Assembly: GCA_963675845.1 (NCBI GenBank)
Contig: OY776634.1
Coordinates: 2,109,052 to 2,173,051 of the forward strand
Origin: an uncultured Saccharofermentans sp.
GTDB taxonomy: Bacteria > Bacillota > Clostridia > Saccharofermentanales > UBA5734
DNA length: 64,000 bases
Direction: 5' to 3'
Part shown: positions 36,634 through 47,871 of the stretch, piece after piece
How the letters are laid out: each line of letters begins with the position of its first letter
How positions within the stretch are numbered: the first letter of the stretch is position 1
The notes under the pieces: model-generated
Seen by the model: the letters and a program-made list of their open reading frames with translations, nothing else
Databases searched by the model: none
Told to the model about the DNA's origin: nothing
Program-made: the position numbers and the translations under genes

Positions 36634-38112
36634 ATGAGTTCAGATATGCTCCGCATCACCGGCATTGCGACCGGACTCGATACAGATTCGATTGTTTCCA
36701 GCCTGATCCAGGTTGAACAGATGAAGGTCGACCGTGTTTTCCGCCAGAAGGTCCGGATGGAATGGGAGATGGAGGCCAAGACCGCCGTCAATGACGCGAT
36801 CAAGTCGTTTCGCAACACCACCATGAGCGTGCTGTCGGACCAGAACCTGTATTCGTCCACCGCATTCAACACCTACAAGGTAACCCTGGACTCGGACACC
36901 CGATCTGTCGAGATCAGCGCCGGCGCCAACGCCGAGGCGCAAAGCCATACCATTGACTCGATCACCCGGATCGCCACCGCGTCGGCCGCTGAAAGCACAG
37001 CCCTGTCCACCGGATCCGGTCTGGACAAATCCGCGGCGCTTCAGGACCTGGCTTTATCCACTCCGCTGGTTTTCGGCGGTGCAGAATCCGACGAAATCTC
37101 ATTTTCAATCAACGGCTCCACCTTCACCTTCAACAACACCGATACCCTGGCCGACATGCAAAGCGAGATCAACGCGAGCGACGCGGGCGTCAGGGTCATT
37201 TACAGCGAATTATCCGACAAGCTGACCATCCGTTCAACCGATAAGGGGTCCGGCTCGTCTGTCAATATCACCAACATCACTGGCAACGCCTTCGGCACCG
37301 GCTCGGCCTTCGGGATCGAGACCGGCGACTTTGCAAACGGCCAGGATGCCGTTTTGTCAATTGACGGCTACGCCGTCACCAAGTCCGACAACACCTTCAC
37401 GATCGACGGCCTGACGTATACCCTCAAGGCAGCCTCGGCCGACCCGATCGACTTCGCGGTCGAGCGCGACCTGGACACAGTCGTTGACCGGATCCAGGGT
37501 TTTGTGTCCGAATACAATGACTTGGTCGCCATCCTCCAGACCGCGATTGCCGAAGAGGCGGACAGCGACTTCTATCCGCTGACGCTGGCCGAAAAGGAAG
37601 CGATGAGCGAGGATGAGATCTCATCCTGGGAGATGCGGGCCAAGCTGGGCACGCTGCAAAATGACCGAAACATCCAGAACCTTTTGACCGGCATGCGCCG
37701 CATGCTCTATGACACGGTGTCCGGCACCGGGCTGTCCCTCAACGATATCGGGATCAAGACCATCTCCTATTACGATGGCGCCAAGATCATGCTGGATGAG
37801 ACCCAGCTTCGCGCCAGGCTGACGGATAACCCGGACCAGGTGATGAACCTGTTCATCCAGACATCCGACACCGACACCTACGACGAGATGGGGCACCTGG
37901 CCCGGCTGGGCGATGTGCTGTCAGACTATACCGGCATCTATTCCCGGGCGACGGCCGAACAGGAGATCAGCCGGGTGGCCAACCGGATATCCGATCTGAC
38001 CGAGCGGATGTACGACAAGGAAGACGCCCTGTACAAGAAATACGCCGCGATGGAATCCGCGATCGCGACCTTGAATTCGCAAAGCAGCTGGCTGTCCAGC
38101 CAGTTCCTGTAA
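36634..38112 (+). CDS. fliD: Flagellar filament cap protein FliD
   Basis: ITGIATGLDTDSIVSSLIQVEQMKVDRV N-terminus and C-terminal YKKYAAMESAIATLNSQSSWLSSQF. Confidence 0.93.
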   Translation: MSSDMLRITGIATGLDTDSIVSSLIQVEQMKVDRVFRQKVRMEWEMEAKTAVNDAIKSFRNTTMSVLSDQNLYSSTAFNTYKVTLDSDTRSVEISAGANAEAQSHTIDSITRIATASAAESTALSTGSGLDKSAALQDLALSTPLVFGGAESDEISFSINGSTFTFNNTDTLADMQSEINASDAGVRVIYSELSDKLTIRSTDKGSGSSVNITNITGNAFGTGSAFGIETGDFANGQDAVLSIDGYAVTKSDNTFTIDGLTYTLKAASADPIDFAVERDLDTVVDRIQGFVSEYNDLVAILQTAIAEEADSDFYPLTLAEKEAMSEDEISSWEMRAKLGTLQNDRNIQNLLTGMRRMLYDTVSGTGLSLNDIGIKTISYYDGAKIMLDETQLRARLTDNPDQVMNLFIQTSDTDTYDEMGHLARLGDVLSDYTGIYSRATAEQEISRVANRISDLTERMYDKEDALYKKYAAMESAIATLNSQSSWLSSQFL

Positions 38113-38141
38113 AGAATATTTTGGCAAAGGAGACAGACCCC

Positions 38142-38555
38142 ATGAATCTTGGAAACGGCTACGCCAAATACCGTGAACAGAGCATCCTGACCGCCGGCCC
38201 CGGCGACCTGGTCGTCATGCTCTACGACGGCGCCCTGAAGCAGCTGAGAATCGCGATCGCCGCCCTGGCCGACGATGAGGGCCATCCGAAGAACCCGGAG
38301 CAGGCCAGCCAGGCGCTGATCCGTGCCCAGGACATCATCTGCGAGCTGATCCAGGGGCTGGATTTTAGCTACGAGATCTCGAACGAGCTGCTGGACCTGT
38401 ACGACTACTTCAACCACGAGCTGATCCAGGCCAACATCAAGAAGGACTGCCAGCTGATCGAATCGATCTACGAACTGATCGCGGGGCTGCGCGAGACCTG
38501 GGCCGAAGCGGTGCAGATCTGCCGCAAGGAACAGTCTGTCGCGGTCGGCGGCTGA
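38142..38555 (+). CDS. fliS: Flagellin-specific chaperone FliS
   Basis: YREQSILTAGPGDLVVMLYDGALKQL and LDLYDYFNHELIQANIKKD motifs. AAGGAG before ATG 38142. Confidence 0.9.
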   Translation: MNLGNGYAKYREQSILTAGPGDLVVMLYDGALKQLRIAIAALADDEGHPKNPEQASQALIRAQDIICELIQGLDFSYEISNELLDLYDYFNHELIQANIKKDCQLIESIYELIAGLRETWAEAVQICRKEQSVAVGG

Positions 38556-38565
38556 ACCCAAAGCG

Positions 38566-38898
38566 ATGGATGAGGATCTGAAAAAACTTCAGGCCCTGAC
38601 CGAGCAGGCGATGCTGGCCGTCGACGGCGAGGACATCGCCGGATTGACCGGGCTGATCGCCGAGCGCCAGGCCCAGATGGACCTGATCGACGCCAGGCGC
38701 GCCCAGGGCGAGTGCTTCTCCCGGGACAGCCTGCAGCTGCTCGGGGAACTGGCAGAAACAGACCGCCAGCTGCGCGCCAGGGCGGAGGCGCTGCTCGAAT
38801 CGTATCGGAAAAACCTGCAGATGGTCCGGCGCTTCCAGAAGGTCAAGGGCTACGAGCCCTATACCGATCCGGCACGCCATCTGGATATTCGCGAATAA
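38566..38898 (+). CDS. FliT-like small helical flagellar protein
   Basis: 110-aa helical protein in the fliD-fliS-fliT slot. The assignment is positional only. Confidence 0.5.
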   Translation: MDEDLKKLQALTEQAMLAVDGEDIAGLTGLIAERQAQMDLIDARRAQGECFSRDSLQLLGELAETDRQLRARAEALLESYRKNLQMVRRFQKVKGYEPYTDPARHLDIRE

Positions 38899-38922
38899 CA
38901 AAAACGCTAAGGAGATTGAGAC

Positions 38923-39276
38923 ATGAAAACAGTATTGGTGGTCGACGATGCGGCCTTCATGAGGGTCACGATTAAGAACATGCTGGAGAAAAACGGCTTC
39001 TCGGTCGTCGGTGAAGCCGAAAACGGCCAGGTGGCGGTCAGCAAGTATCACGAGCTCAATCCGGATATTGTCACTATGGATATCACCATGCCGGAGATGG
39101 ACGGGCTTTCGGCCCTGAAGGCGATCATGCAGATTGACGGCCGGGCGACGGTCATCATGATGACAGCGATGGGTCAGCAGGGCATGGTCAAGGAAGCAGT
39201 CATGTCGGGCGCCAAGGGCTTCATTGTCAAGCCCTTCAAGGAAGAGACCGTCGTCGCCGCGCTCGCCAAGCTCTAG
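38923..39276 (+). CDS. cheY: Chemotaxis response regulator CheY
   Basis: 117-aa single receiver domain: VLVVDDAAFMR, phospho-acceptor context IVTMDITMPEMDG, and KGFIVKPF. Confidence 0.95.
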   Translation: MKTVLVVDDAAFMRVTIKNMLEKNGFSVVGEAENGQVAVSKYHELNPDIVTMDITMPEMDGLSALKAIMQIDGRATVIMMTAMGQQGMVKEAVMSGAKGFIVKPFKEETVVAALAKL

Positions 39277-39297
39277 GGCAGATGAGGAGATAAAGAC

Positions 39298-41352
39298 ATG
39301 GCCGACAAGAAAACAGTGAGCCGCGAGCCCATGCTGGAGATGTTCATTTTCGAGACCCAGCAGCTCTTGGAGCAGCTCGAGGACATCCTGATCGAAAGCG
39401 AGAAGATCAACCTCTTATCGACCGAATCGGTGAACGAGGTTTTCCGGATCATGCACACCATCAAGGGCGCAGCCGCCATGATGATGTATGATTCGATCGC
39501 CAGCCTGACCCATGCGGCCGAGGATATCTTCGCCGTCATCCGCCAGGCCGCCAAGCCACTGTCGGACATCTCCGAGCTGGCTGACGCCGTGCTCCAGGTA
39601 TCGGACTTCATCAAGGGCGAGATCGTCGTCATCGAAGACGGTGGCCAGCCGGGGGCCCTGCCGGGTGAGCTGGCTGAACGGCTTAAGGTGCTGCTGGCGC
39701 ACTATGCCAGCGCCAAGCCGGCCACGGACAAAGTTTCCCAGCCCGCGCAGCCGGTATCCGCGCCTCAGGAAGCCAGCCCGCACAAGGCCTGCCCGCCTGA
39801 GCAGAATACGGACGCGGCACGCTTCCGGGCGCGCATGTTCTTCGAGGACGGCTGCCAGATGGAAAACATGCGGGCGTTCACCGTGGTGCACAACCTGAAG
39901 CCCCATGTCTGCGAGCTGAGCTATGAACCGGCGGACATCGATGTCAATGAGAACAGTTCCGGCCAGATCCGGGAAACCGGCTTCAGCCTGACCTTCTGTT
40001 CGGAAGAGGACCCGGAAGTCCTCTATGCGCTTTTGGACCAGACGCTGTTTCTCGAACGCTTGGAATTCGAACAGGATGAACCAGCAATGACCCGTCCGGC
40101 CGATGAACCGCCGGGCCAGCAAAAGGGCGTGCCCCCAACAACGCAGCCCGAAACAGTTGTCTCAACAGCCGCGCCGGTCACAAGCGGCAGGCCGCAGAGC
40201 ATCATCTCGATCAACATCACCAAGCTCGACCAGCTGATGGACCTGGTCGGCGAGCTGGTCATCGCCGAGGCGATGGTGACGCGCAGCCCTGACCTGGACG
40301 GTCTGGAGCTGGACCAGTTCGCCAAGTCCGCCCGGCAGCTGGGCAAGCTGACCGATGAACTGCAGGATATCGCCATGTCGATCCGCATGGTCCCGGTCGC
40401 GCCGACCTTCTCCAAGATGCAGCGCATCATCCGGGATATGAACCGGAAGCTCGGCAAGTCAGTCGAGCTGGTGACGGCCGGCGAAGAGACCGAAATCGAC
40501 AAGAGCATCATCGACCGGCTGTCGGATCCGCTGATGCACCTGATCCGCAACAGCCTCGACCACGGGATCGAAACGCCCGAAGCGCGGCGCAAGGCCGGCA
40601 AGCCGGATAAGGGGACTGTCCGCCTGGAAGCCAAAAATTCCGGCGGCGATGTCTGGATCACGATCCGGGATGACGGCAAGGGCCTGGACCGTGACAAGAT
40701 CCTGGACAAGGCGCGGCGCCAGAACCTGCTCAAGAAGCCGGCCGAGGACTATACCGACAAGGAGATCTACAGTTTCATCTTGCTGCCCGGATTCTCGACC
40801 AAGGAGGAGGTCTCGGAGTTTTCCGGCCGCGGCGTCGGCATGGACGTGGTCCGGGAGAACATCGAGCAGGTCGGCGGCCAGATCAGCCTGGACAGCCAGG
40901 CCGGACAGGGCACTACCATCTCGATTCGCATCCCGCTGACCCTGGCGATCCTGCAGGGCATGCATGTCAAGGTCGGACAGACCAGCTTCATCATTCCGAC
41001 CACCACCATCCGCGAGACCTTCCGCGCCAAGCCGGAGCAGGTCATCCATGACACCGAAGGCCACGAGATGATGATGATCCGGGGCGAATGCTTCTCGATC
41101 AGCCGGCTGCACCAGCATTTCAACCTCGAGCCCAAGGTCGAAAGCCTGACTGACGGCATCATCGTCGTGGTCGAGGATTCGGACCGTGCGCTGTGCCTGT
41201 TCGCGGACGAGCTTCTGGGCGAGCAGCAGGTCGTGGTCAAGCCGCTGCCGGCCTATATCAAGAAAGCCAAAAGCCTGGCCGGATGCACCATCCTCGGGGA
41301 TGGATCCATCAGCCTGATACTCGATATCCGTGATTTGACTGAGAACCACTAG
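39298..41352 (+). CDS. cheA: Chemotaxis histidine kinase CheA
   Basis: Hpt motif FRIMHTIKGAAAMM, dimerisation and HATPase regions (HLIRNSLDHGIE, GRGVGMDVV), and a C-terminal CheW-like domain. Confidence 0.97.
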   Translation: MADKKTVSREPMLEMFIFETQQLLEQLEDILIESEKINLLSTESVNEVFRIMHTIKGAAAMMMYDSIASLTHAAEDIFAVIRQAAKPLSDISELADAVLQVSDFIKGEIVVIEDGGQPGALPGELAERLKVLLAHYASAKPATDKVSQPAQPVSAPQEASPHKACPPEQNTDAARFRARMFFEDGCQMENMRAFTVVHNLKPHVCELSYEPADIDVNENSSGQIRETGFSLTFCSEEDPEVLYALLDQTLFLERLEFEQDEPAMTRPADEPPGQQKGVPPTTQPETVVSTAAPVTSGRPQSIISINITKLDQLMDLVGELVIAEAMVTRSPDLDGLELDQFAKSARQLGKLTDELQDIAMSIRMVPVAPTFSKMQRIIRDMNRKLGKSVELVTAGEETEIDKSIIDRLSDPLMHLIRNSLDHGIETPEARRKAGKPDKGTVRLEAKNSGGDVWITIRDDGKGLDRDKILDKARRQNLLKKPAEDYTDKEIYSFILLPGFSTKEEVSEFSGRGVGMDVVRENIEQVGGQISLDSQAGQGTTISIRIPLTLAILQGMHVKVGQTSFIIPTTTIRETFRAKPEQVIHDTEGHEMMMIRGECFSISRLHQHFNLEPKVESLTDGIIVVVEDSDRALCLFADELLGEQQVVVKPLPAYIKKAKSLAGCTILGDGSISLILDIRDLTENH

Positions 41353-41365
41353 GAGGAACGAGACT

Positions 41366-41860
41366 ATGACACAGAAGGTTTACGACGAAGAGATCGGCGG
41401 CGAAGACACCCAGAAGGGCAAATTTCTGACCTTTGCCATCGGCGAGGAGTGCTACGGCATCGAGATCAGCTATGTGACCGAGATTATCGGCATCCAGCCG
41501 ATCACGGCCGTGCCGGAGGTGCCGCGCTATGTCAAGGGCATCATCAACCTGCGGGGCAAGATCATCCCGGTGATCGACATCCGCCTGAAGTTCAGGAAGG
41601 AAGCGGTGCCCTACGATGACCGCACCTGCATCGTGGTGGTGGACATCGAAGAGCTGTCGGTCGGCCTGATCGTCGACAATGTCGCCGAGGTCATCGACAT
41701 CCCGGACGAGAACATCGTGCTGCCGCCGGATTCCAAAACGGGCTTTCACAACCGCTACATCAAGGGCATCGGCAAGGTCGAAGATGACGTCAAGCTGCTT
41801 TTGGACTGCAACAAGATCTTGAGTGACGAAGAATCAGATATCATCGAAGCAATCGCCTGA
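41366..41860 (+). CDS. cheW: Chemotaxis coupling protein CheW
   Basis: [24 protein letters not shown]...[16 protein letters not shown] is a canonical CheW domain. Confidence 0.95.
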   Translation: MTQKVYDEEIGGEDTQKGKFLTFAIGEECYGIEISYVTEIIGIQPITAVPEVPRYVKGIINLRGKIIPVIDIRLKFRKEAVPYDDRTCIVVVDIEELSVGLIVDNVAEVIDIPDENIVLPPDSKTGFHNRYIKGIGKVEDDVKLLLDCNKILSDEESDIIEAIA

Positions 41861-41913
41861 CAACAAATTCCTGTGCGCAGGGACGCCACAACAACAGGAG
41901 GAGGACTCTGGAC

Positions 41914-44181
41914 ATGAAATGGTTTCAAAACAGAAAGATCGGCACCCAGCTGATCGCAAGCTTCATCATCGTAGCCCTGATCGCCGGCCTGACCGGCGGG
42001 ATCGGCATCTATGCCATCTCGAACCTCAACGGTGCCAACAAGGCTCTGTACGAGGAGTCGACTCTGTCGGTTGACAAGGCTAGCGAGATCATGCACTTGT
42101 TTTTATCGACCGAAGTCAAGATCCGGGACGCGGTGCTGGTCGACGCCAAGGAGCAGATCAACGAGCTGCTGACCGAGATCGACCAGAACCAGGCCGAACT
42201 GCAGATTGTCGTCCGCGAGATGGACGACATGATCGCGGATCCTCTGATCAGAGAATCGCTGGATGCCTACAAGGCTGACATGGCTGCCTATGACGATGCT
42301 TTGACCAACATTTCCGGCATGGCCCGAAACAATGTCGACACCCAGGCCCTGATGAAGATCACCAGCACCCTCGAGCCGATCAGCGCCCGCAATACCGAGA
42401 ACATTGAAACCCTGATCACCGGCATCAAGGCGCAAGCGGCCCTGCGTTCGGCCGAAAGCCAGGACCTCGGGATACTCCTCGGAATAGTCATGGCTGGCAC
42501 CGTTCTCGCAGCCATTATCCTCTCGATCCTGATCGGCATCCTGATCTCGAGAATGATCGGAAAACCGATCAAGAAGAGCCTGGAGATGCTGGAGGAAATG
42601 ACCAAGGGGCGCCTCAATAGCCGTCTCAACCTGGGCCGCACGAACGAGATCGGCCAAATGGCCGAAAACCTCGACCGCCTGGCCGACTACCTGCAAAATG
42701 TCATCATCGCCGCCATGAACAAGATATCCAGAGGCGACATCGACATCCAACTCGAAGTCTACGACGACCTGGATGAGATCACACCGGCGCTGAAGACCAC
42801 GGTCGAGACCATCGACGATCTGCTCAAGAAGACGATCGGCATGGTTGACGCCGTCGCCCAGGGCGATATGCAGACCCGCATCGACGTCGCCGGCCTGCAG
42901 GGGGACTGGCAGCGTCTCGGCAAGGGCGTCAACTCGATCCTCGACGAGATTTCGGCACCGGTTTCCGAAGCCTCCATGGTCATGACGAAAATGGCGGAAG
43001 GCAACCTCAAGATCCGCATCACCGGCGACTACAAGGGCGATCATGATACATTCATCAAGCAGCCCTTCAATGCCGCCCTGGAATCGCTCTCGTCCTATGT
43101 CGATGAGATCTCCAGCGTGCTGACCAACATGGCCAATTCCGACTTCCAGCAGGAGATCCAAAACGACTACCCCGGCGACTTCGCGCCGATCAAGACATCC
43201 CTGAACCTGATCATCGACACCTTCAACAAGGTCCTTTACCGCCTGGCGACATCCGCCGAGCAGGTGTTCGCCGGTGCCCGCCAGGTGTCGGACGGCAGCC
43301 AGGCCCTGGCCAGCGGCGCGACCGAACAGGCCGGCTCGATCGAGCAGCTGACCGCCTCGATCAGCGACGTCGCGGACATGACCCGGCAGAACGCCCTGAG
43401 CGCCAACGAGGCTAACGAACTGGCGTCCAAGACACAGAACAGCGCGAAATCGTCCAACCAGCAGATGAAGGATATGCTCGAGGCGATGGATGAGATCAAT
43501 GTCTCGTCCAAGAATATCTCGAAGATCATCAAGGTCATCGACGACATCGCCTTCCAGACCAATATCCTGGCCCTGAACGCTGCGGTTGAAGCCGCCCGGG
43601 CAGGCCAGCACGGCAAGGGCTTCGCAGTGGTCGCAGAAGAGGTCCGGACCCTGGCGGCCAGATCCGCCAGCGCGGCCAACGAGACCACTGGCCTGATCGA
43701 GGGCTCGATCAAAAAGGTCGAGCTGGGTACCAAGCTGGCCAACGAGACCGCTACCTCGCTCGATAACATCCTGGTCGAGATCGCCAAGTCGACCGAGCTG
43801 ATCAGCCAGATCGCCGAATCGTCGGACGAGCAGGCGAGCGCGATCGGCGAGATCAACGAGGGCGTCGACCAGGTCTCCAAGGTGACACAGTCCAACTCGG
43901 CGACCGCGGAGCAGAGCGCCGCGGCCAGCGAGGAGCTGACCGGCCAGGCGGATATCCTCAAAGCCATGATCGAGCAGTTCAAGCTCAAAGAACAATCCAA
44001 GCGAATCAAGAAAGAGACATTCGACGAGGACAACTCCTATGAAGACGATCCTGAGCCTGGGCTGGAAGTGGAAAAAATGGACCCGCCCGCTGACCAATCA
44101 CCTGATGCCGGACAACAACCCATCCTGGCGGCTGTTCGGCCAAAGATTAATCTGACCGACGACGAATTCGACAAATTCTGA
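41914..44181 (+). CDS. Methyl-accepting chemotaxis protein with a poly-HAMP array and C-terminal pentapeptide
   Basis: Two TM helices flank a four-helix-bundle-type sensor. About five HAMP-like repeats follow, then a signalling domain ([37 protein letters not shown]). The acidic/Pro tail ends in EFDKF. Confidence 0.93.
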   Translation: MKWFQNRKIGTQLIASFIIVALIAGLTGGIGIYAISNLNGANKALYEESTLSVDKASEIMHLFLSTEVKIRDAVLVDAKEQINELLTEIDQNQAELQIVVREMDDMIADPLIRESLDAYKADMAAYDDALTNISGMARNNVDTQALMKITSTLEPISARNTENIETLITGIKAQAALRSAESQDLGILLGIVMAGTVLAAIILSILIGILISRMIGKPIKKSLEMLEEMTKGRLNSRLNLGRTNEIGQMAENLDRLADYLQNVIIAAMNKISRGDIDIQLEVYDDLDEITPALKTTVETIDDLLKKTIGMVDAVAQGDMQTRIDVAGLQGDWQRLGKGVNSILDEISAPVSEASMVMTKMAEGNLKIRITGDYKGDHDTFIKQPFNAALESLSSYVDEISSVLTNMANSDFQQEIQNDYPGDFAPIKTSLNLIIDTFNKVLYRLATSAEQVFAGARQVSDGSQALASGATEQAGSIEQLTASISDVADMTRQNALSANEANELASKTQNSAKSSNQQMKDMLEAMDEINVSSKNISKIIKVIDDIAFQTNILALNAAVEAARAGQHGKGFAVVAEEVRTLAARSASAANETTGLIEGSIKKVELGTKLANETATSLDNILVEIAKSTELISQIAESSDEQASAIGEINEGVDQVSKVTQSNSATAEQSAAASEELTGQADILKAMIEQFKLKEQSKRIKKETFDEDNSYEDDPEPGLEVEKMDPPADQSPDAGQQPILAAVRPKINLTDDEFDKF

Positions 44182-44194
44182 GCACAAGAAGCAG

Positions 44195-45025
44195 GTGACG
44201 AACCGGATGATCAGTATCAGCGACAAGGATTTCGAGACCCTGGTGGGGTATATGCACCAGACGTTCGGGATCAACCTTCAGAAAAAACGCAACCTGATCG
44301 AAGGGCGGTTGGGCGGCCACGTGGATGAACAGGGCTTCAAAGACTATGGCGCCTACATCAGCCACGTGCTGTCCGACACATCCGGCCAGCGCCTGACGGA
44401 ACTGGTCAACCGCCTGACCACCAACCACACGTTCTTTTTACGCGAGGCGGCCCATTTCGATCTGCTCAAGCGCCAGATCCTGCCGCAGCTGGTCCGCTCG
44501 GCTAAAAACAAGGAGATCCGGACCTGGAGCGCCGGCTGCTCGTCCGGCGAGGAGCCCTATACGCTGGCGATGGTGCTGCATGACTATTTCGGCACGCAGA
44601 AGGCGTTGTGGGACACCCGGATCCTGGCGACCGACATCTCCCGGAAGGTGCTGGACAAGGCGCGCCAGGGCCGGTATCCGGCGCAGGCCAGGGAGATGCT
44701 GCCGGAGAGCTGGCAGCAGCGCTACATCCGGGACCTCGGGACCGGCGAGATCGAGCTGGTGCCGAAAATCCGGGAAGACGTCGTCTTTCGGTCTTTGAAC
44801 CTGATCCAGGACCGTTATCCGCTGAAAGGTCGGTTCCACCTGATCTTTTGCCGAAATGTCATGATCTATTTCGACAAGCCGACCAAGCGCGAGCTGGTCC
44901 GGCGGCTGTATAACCTGACCGAGCCCGGCGGCTACCTGATGATCGGGCACGCCGAATCGATCGGCCGCGAGGAAACGGACTACTGTTATGTCCAGCCGGC
45001 CGTCTACCAGAAGCCCTGCCGCTGA
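44195..45025 (+). CDS. cheR: Chemotaxis protein methyltransferase CheR
   Basis: IRTWSAGCSSGEEPYTLAMVL SAM-binding motif and FCRNVMIYFD. The start is GTG 44195 or ATG 44207. Confidence 0.94.
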   Translation: MTNRMISISDKDFETLVGYMHQTFGINLQKKRNLIEGRLGGHVDEQGFKDYGAYISHVLSDTSGQRLTELVNRLTTNHTFFLREAAHFDLLKRQILPQLVRSAKNKEIRTWSAGCSSGEEPYTLAMVLHDYFGTQKALWDTRILATDISRKVLDKARQGRYPAQAREMLPESWQQRYIRDLGTGEIELVPKIREDVVFRSLNLIQDRYPLKGRFHLIFCRNVMIYFDKPTKRELVRRLYNLTEPGGYLMIGHAESIGREETDYCYVQPAVYQKPCR

Positions 45026-45053
45026 TTTCAAATGATTTGAGGTATAGACCCGC

Positions 45054-46085
45054 ATGAATAAACGCCGAATCAAGGTCCTGGTTGTGGATGACTCGATGCT
45101 GTTTCGCGAGACGATCGCCAAAGGACTCCGGGAGGACCCGATGTTCGAGGTGGTCGGAACGGCGTCGGATCCGTTCGATGCCCGGGACAAGATCGAACAG
45201 CTTGATCCGGATGTCTTGTCGCTGGATGTCGAGATGCCGAAGATGAACGGGATCGAGTTCACCCGGCGGCTGATGCCGCAGCACCCGATCCCGATCGTTG
45301 TTGTCTCGGCCGTCAGCGCCAATGTATTCGACGCGATGGCCGCCGGCGCGGTGGATTTCGTCACCAAGCCGGGGATCGGCAGCGAGAACGGCATCGAGCG
45401 ATTGATCCGCGAGCTGTCGATCAAGCTGAAAATCGCAGCCAGCGCGAGACTGAAGACCGGACAGGAAACCGAGCGCCCCAGGTCCGCATCCACCAGCCAT
45501 ACCCGCGGCGCCTGCCGCCTGATCGCCATCGGTGCCTCGACCGGCGGCACCGAGGCGGTCGCGGCGCTGCTCAAGGCCCTGCCGGCCGACATCCCGCCGG
45601 TGGTCGTTGTCCAGCACATGCCGCCGGTGTTTACTAAACTGTTCGCCGAACGCCTGGACCAAACCTGCCCGCAGCAGGTGGTCGAGGCGCAGGACGGCCA
45701 GCCGGTCCAGCCGGGGACGGTGTATATCGCGCCCGGCGGTCTGCATATGACCGTTATCCGGAAGCGCGGGCAGTTGACGATCTCGTGCCTCGAGGGCGAC
45801 AAGGTCTCCGGTCACTGCCCATCGGTCAACGTCCTGTTTGATTCAATTCTCGAACTGGGCCAGGTGGCCTCCGGTACGATCGGCATCCTGCTGACCGGGA
45901 TGGGCAAGGACGGCGCGGAAGGCCTTTTGAACTTGAAGCGGGGCAATGCGCTGACGATCTGCCAGGACGAGGCCACGAGCGTGGTCTTCGGTATGCCGGC
46001 CCAGGCGATCCGGCTGGGCGCGGCCTGCGAGGTTCTGCCGATCGGGCGGATCCACGAGCCGATCCTGGCCTCGATCCGGGAATAA
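45054..46085 (+). CDS. cheB: Chemotaxis methylesterase/deamidase CheB
   Basis: N-terminal receiver (KVLVVDDSMLFRETI, LSLDVEMPKMNG) and C-terminal esterase (AIGASTGGTEA, VVVQHMPPVFT, GMGKDGAEG). Confidence 0.96.
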   Translation: MNKRRIKVLVVDDSMLFRETIAKGLREDPMFEVVGTASDPFDARDKIEQLDPDVLSLDVEMPKMNGIEFTRRLMPQHPIPIVVVSAVSANVFDAMAAGAVDFVTKPGIGSENGIERLIRELSIKLKIAASARLKTGQETERPRSASTSHTRGACRLIAIGASTGGTEAVAALLKALPADIPPVVVVQHMPPVFTKLFAERLDQTCPQQVVEAQDGQPVQPGTVYIAPGGLHMTVIRKRGQLTISCLEGDKVSGHCPSVNVLFDSILELGQVASGTIGILLTGMGKDGAEGLLNLKRGNALTICQDEATSVVFGMPAQAIRLGAACEVLPIGRIHEPILASIRE

Positions 46086-46119
46086 GGCGCCAAACCAGAA
46101 AAACAACAACGATGGGGTA

Positions 46120-47871
46120 TTGAACATGACGATGCAGCCCGAAATCAATCAGCAGAGCCTGGCTAAAATTCTGGAGGATGTCCTTTTGCATGCCCGGGAT
46201 GTCGTCTTCTGCTGGTCGAAGCGGGATGTGTCCAGGCACCTGGCCTGCAGCGGCAGCATCCGGGATGTCCTGGGGTTTTTGCCAAGCGAGATCGCGTCCC
46301 CCGGCGACTTCGGCGACAATGTCTATTACGCCGACAAGGCCAAGGTCCAGGATGCCCTGCGCGACATCCAGACCGGCGAGGAGGAGCCGCGGCTTGTCGA
46401 GCACCGTCTGATCACCGGCTCAGGCGACATCCGCTGGGTCCGGACCTGTGTCCGCCAGATCCTGCCGGACTGGCTGGGCCATGAGCTGATCGTCCTGACC
46501 GTGACCGACATCGACGAGGAGAAGCGCTACAAGAACCGGCTCCGCGAGAAGACCTACCGCGACCCCCTGACTGGCCTGCCCAACCGGGCCATGCTCGAGT
46601 ACAAGCTCCAGGCGTTCATGGAGTCGGTACAGCGCAACGGCAAGCACCTGGCGCTGATCCACCTCGACCTCGATAACTTCAAGACCTTCAACGAGCAGTA
46701 CGGCTACGGCTTCGGCGACGGGATCCTCAGGCAGATCGGCGATGTTCTGCTGGCCGAACTCCCGGTCGATACCGCGGTCTTCCGGGTCGGCGGCGATGAA
46801 TTCATGCTGCTGATCAAGAACCTCGACAACCGGACCGATCTTGAGCAGATCATGCAGAACATCATGAACTGCCTGAAGTCATCGATCGACGAGCAGGGCC
46901 AACAGGTCACCATCCAGGCCTCGGCCGGCATCGCGATCTACCCGGATGACTCGGACAATACGGACGACGTGCAGAACAACGCCATGATCGCCTTGAAGAA
47001 GGCCAAGGAGCACGGCACCGGCCACTGGTGCTACTTCAACCCGATCCTCAAGGTCGACCAGATTCGGAGAGCCGATCTCGAGAAGCGGCTGCGCCGCGCG
47101 ATCGACCAGCGCGAGTTCTACCTGGTCTACCAGCCGCAGCTGGATACGCTCACGCAGCAGATCTCCGGCATCGAGGCCCTGATCCGCTGGAACGATCCGG
47201 AGCACGGCCTGGTCTCGCCGGCGGATTTCATCCCGCTGGCGGAAAGTTGCGGCCTGATGATCCCGATCGGGGCATTTGTCCTGGAGACGGCTTGCCTGCA
47301 GCAGATCAACTGGATTGCCCAGGGCATCCCGGTCGTGCCGATTGCCGTCAACATCTCGACCGACCAGATCCGCGATCCGCATTTCTTCCCCAACCTGAGA
47401 AGAACCCTGGCCAAGACCGGCCTGCCGCCGGAGCTTCTGGAGCTGGAGATCACTGAGAGCCTGTTTCTGGAGTCCTCCGACATTGTGCGCGAGCTGTTTG
47501 CCAAGATCCGGAGCCTGGGCATCCGCATCGCGCTGGACGATTTCGGCTCCGGCTATTCCTCATTGACCTACCTCAAGAACTTCCAGCTCGACCGCCTGAA
47601 GATCGACCGCACCTTCATCCGCGACATGAAGCTCGAATCGGTCGAAACCGCGATCACCGGCACCATTGTCACGCTGGCTCATATCCTGGAGCTGGATGTC
47701 GTCGCCGAAGGCGTGGAGACCAAAGAGCAGTATGACTACCTGAAGAAGGTCGGCTGCAACAACGTGCAGGGGTATTTCTTCCACAGGCCGCTGTCTGAGC
47801 CAAAGATCCAGCGGCTGTTGAAAACTCAGCCGCTCTTGGAGCAGACCGTCCGCAAGAGGAAGAAACGATGA
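46120..47871 (+). CDS. PAS-GGDEF-EAL c-di-GMP turnover protein
   Basis: RVGGDEFMLLI (no RxxD I-site upstream). The EAL domain carries EALIRW, DDFGSGYSSL and the EGVET motif. ATG 46126 is an alternative start. Confidence 0.93.
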   Translation: MNMTMQPEINQQSLAKILEDVLLHARDVVFCWSKRDVSRHLACSGSIRDVLGFLPSEIASPGDFGDNVYYADKAKVQDALRDIQTGEEEPRLVEHRLITGSGDIRWVRTCVRQILPDWLGHELIVLTVTDIDEEKRYKNRLREKTYRDPLTGLPNRAMLEYKLQAFMESVQRNGKHLALIHLDLDNFKTFNEQYGYGFGDGILRQIGDVLLAELPVDTAVFRVGGDEFMLLIKNLDNRTDLEQIMQNIMNCLKSSIDEQGQQVTIQASAGIAIYPDDSDNTDDVQNNAMIALKKAKEHGTGHWCYFNPILKVDQIRRADLEKRLRRAIDQREFYLVYQPQLDTLTQQISGIEALIRWNDPEHGLVSPADFIPLAESCGLMIPIGAFVLETACLQQINWIAQGIPVVPIAVNISTDQIRDPHFFPNLRRTLAKTGLPPELLELEITESLFLESSDIVRELFAKIRSLGIRIALDDFGSGYSSLTYLKNFQLDRLKIDRTFIRDMKLESVETAITGTIVTLAHILELDVVAEGVETKEQYDYLKKVGCNNVQGYFFHRPLSEPKIQRLLKTQPLLEQTVRKRKKR

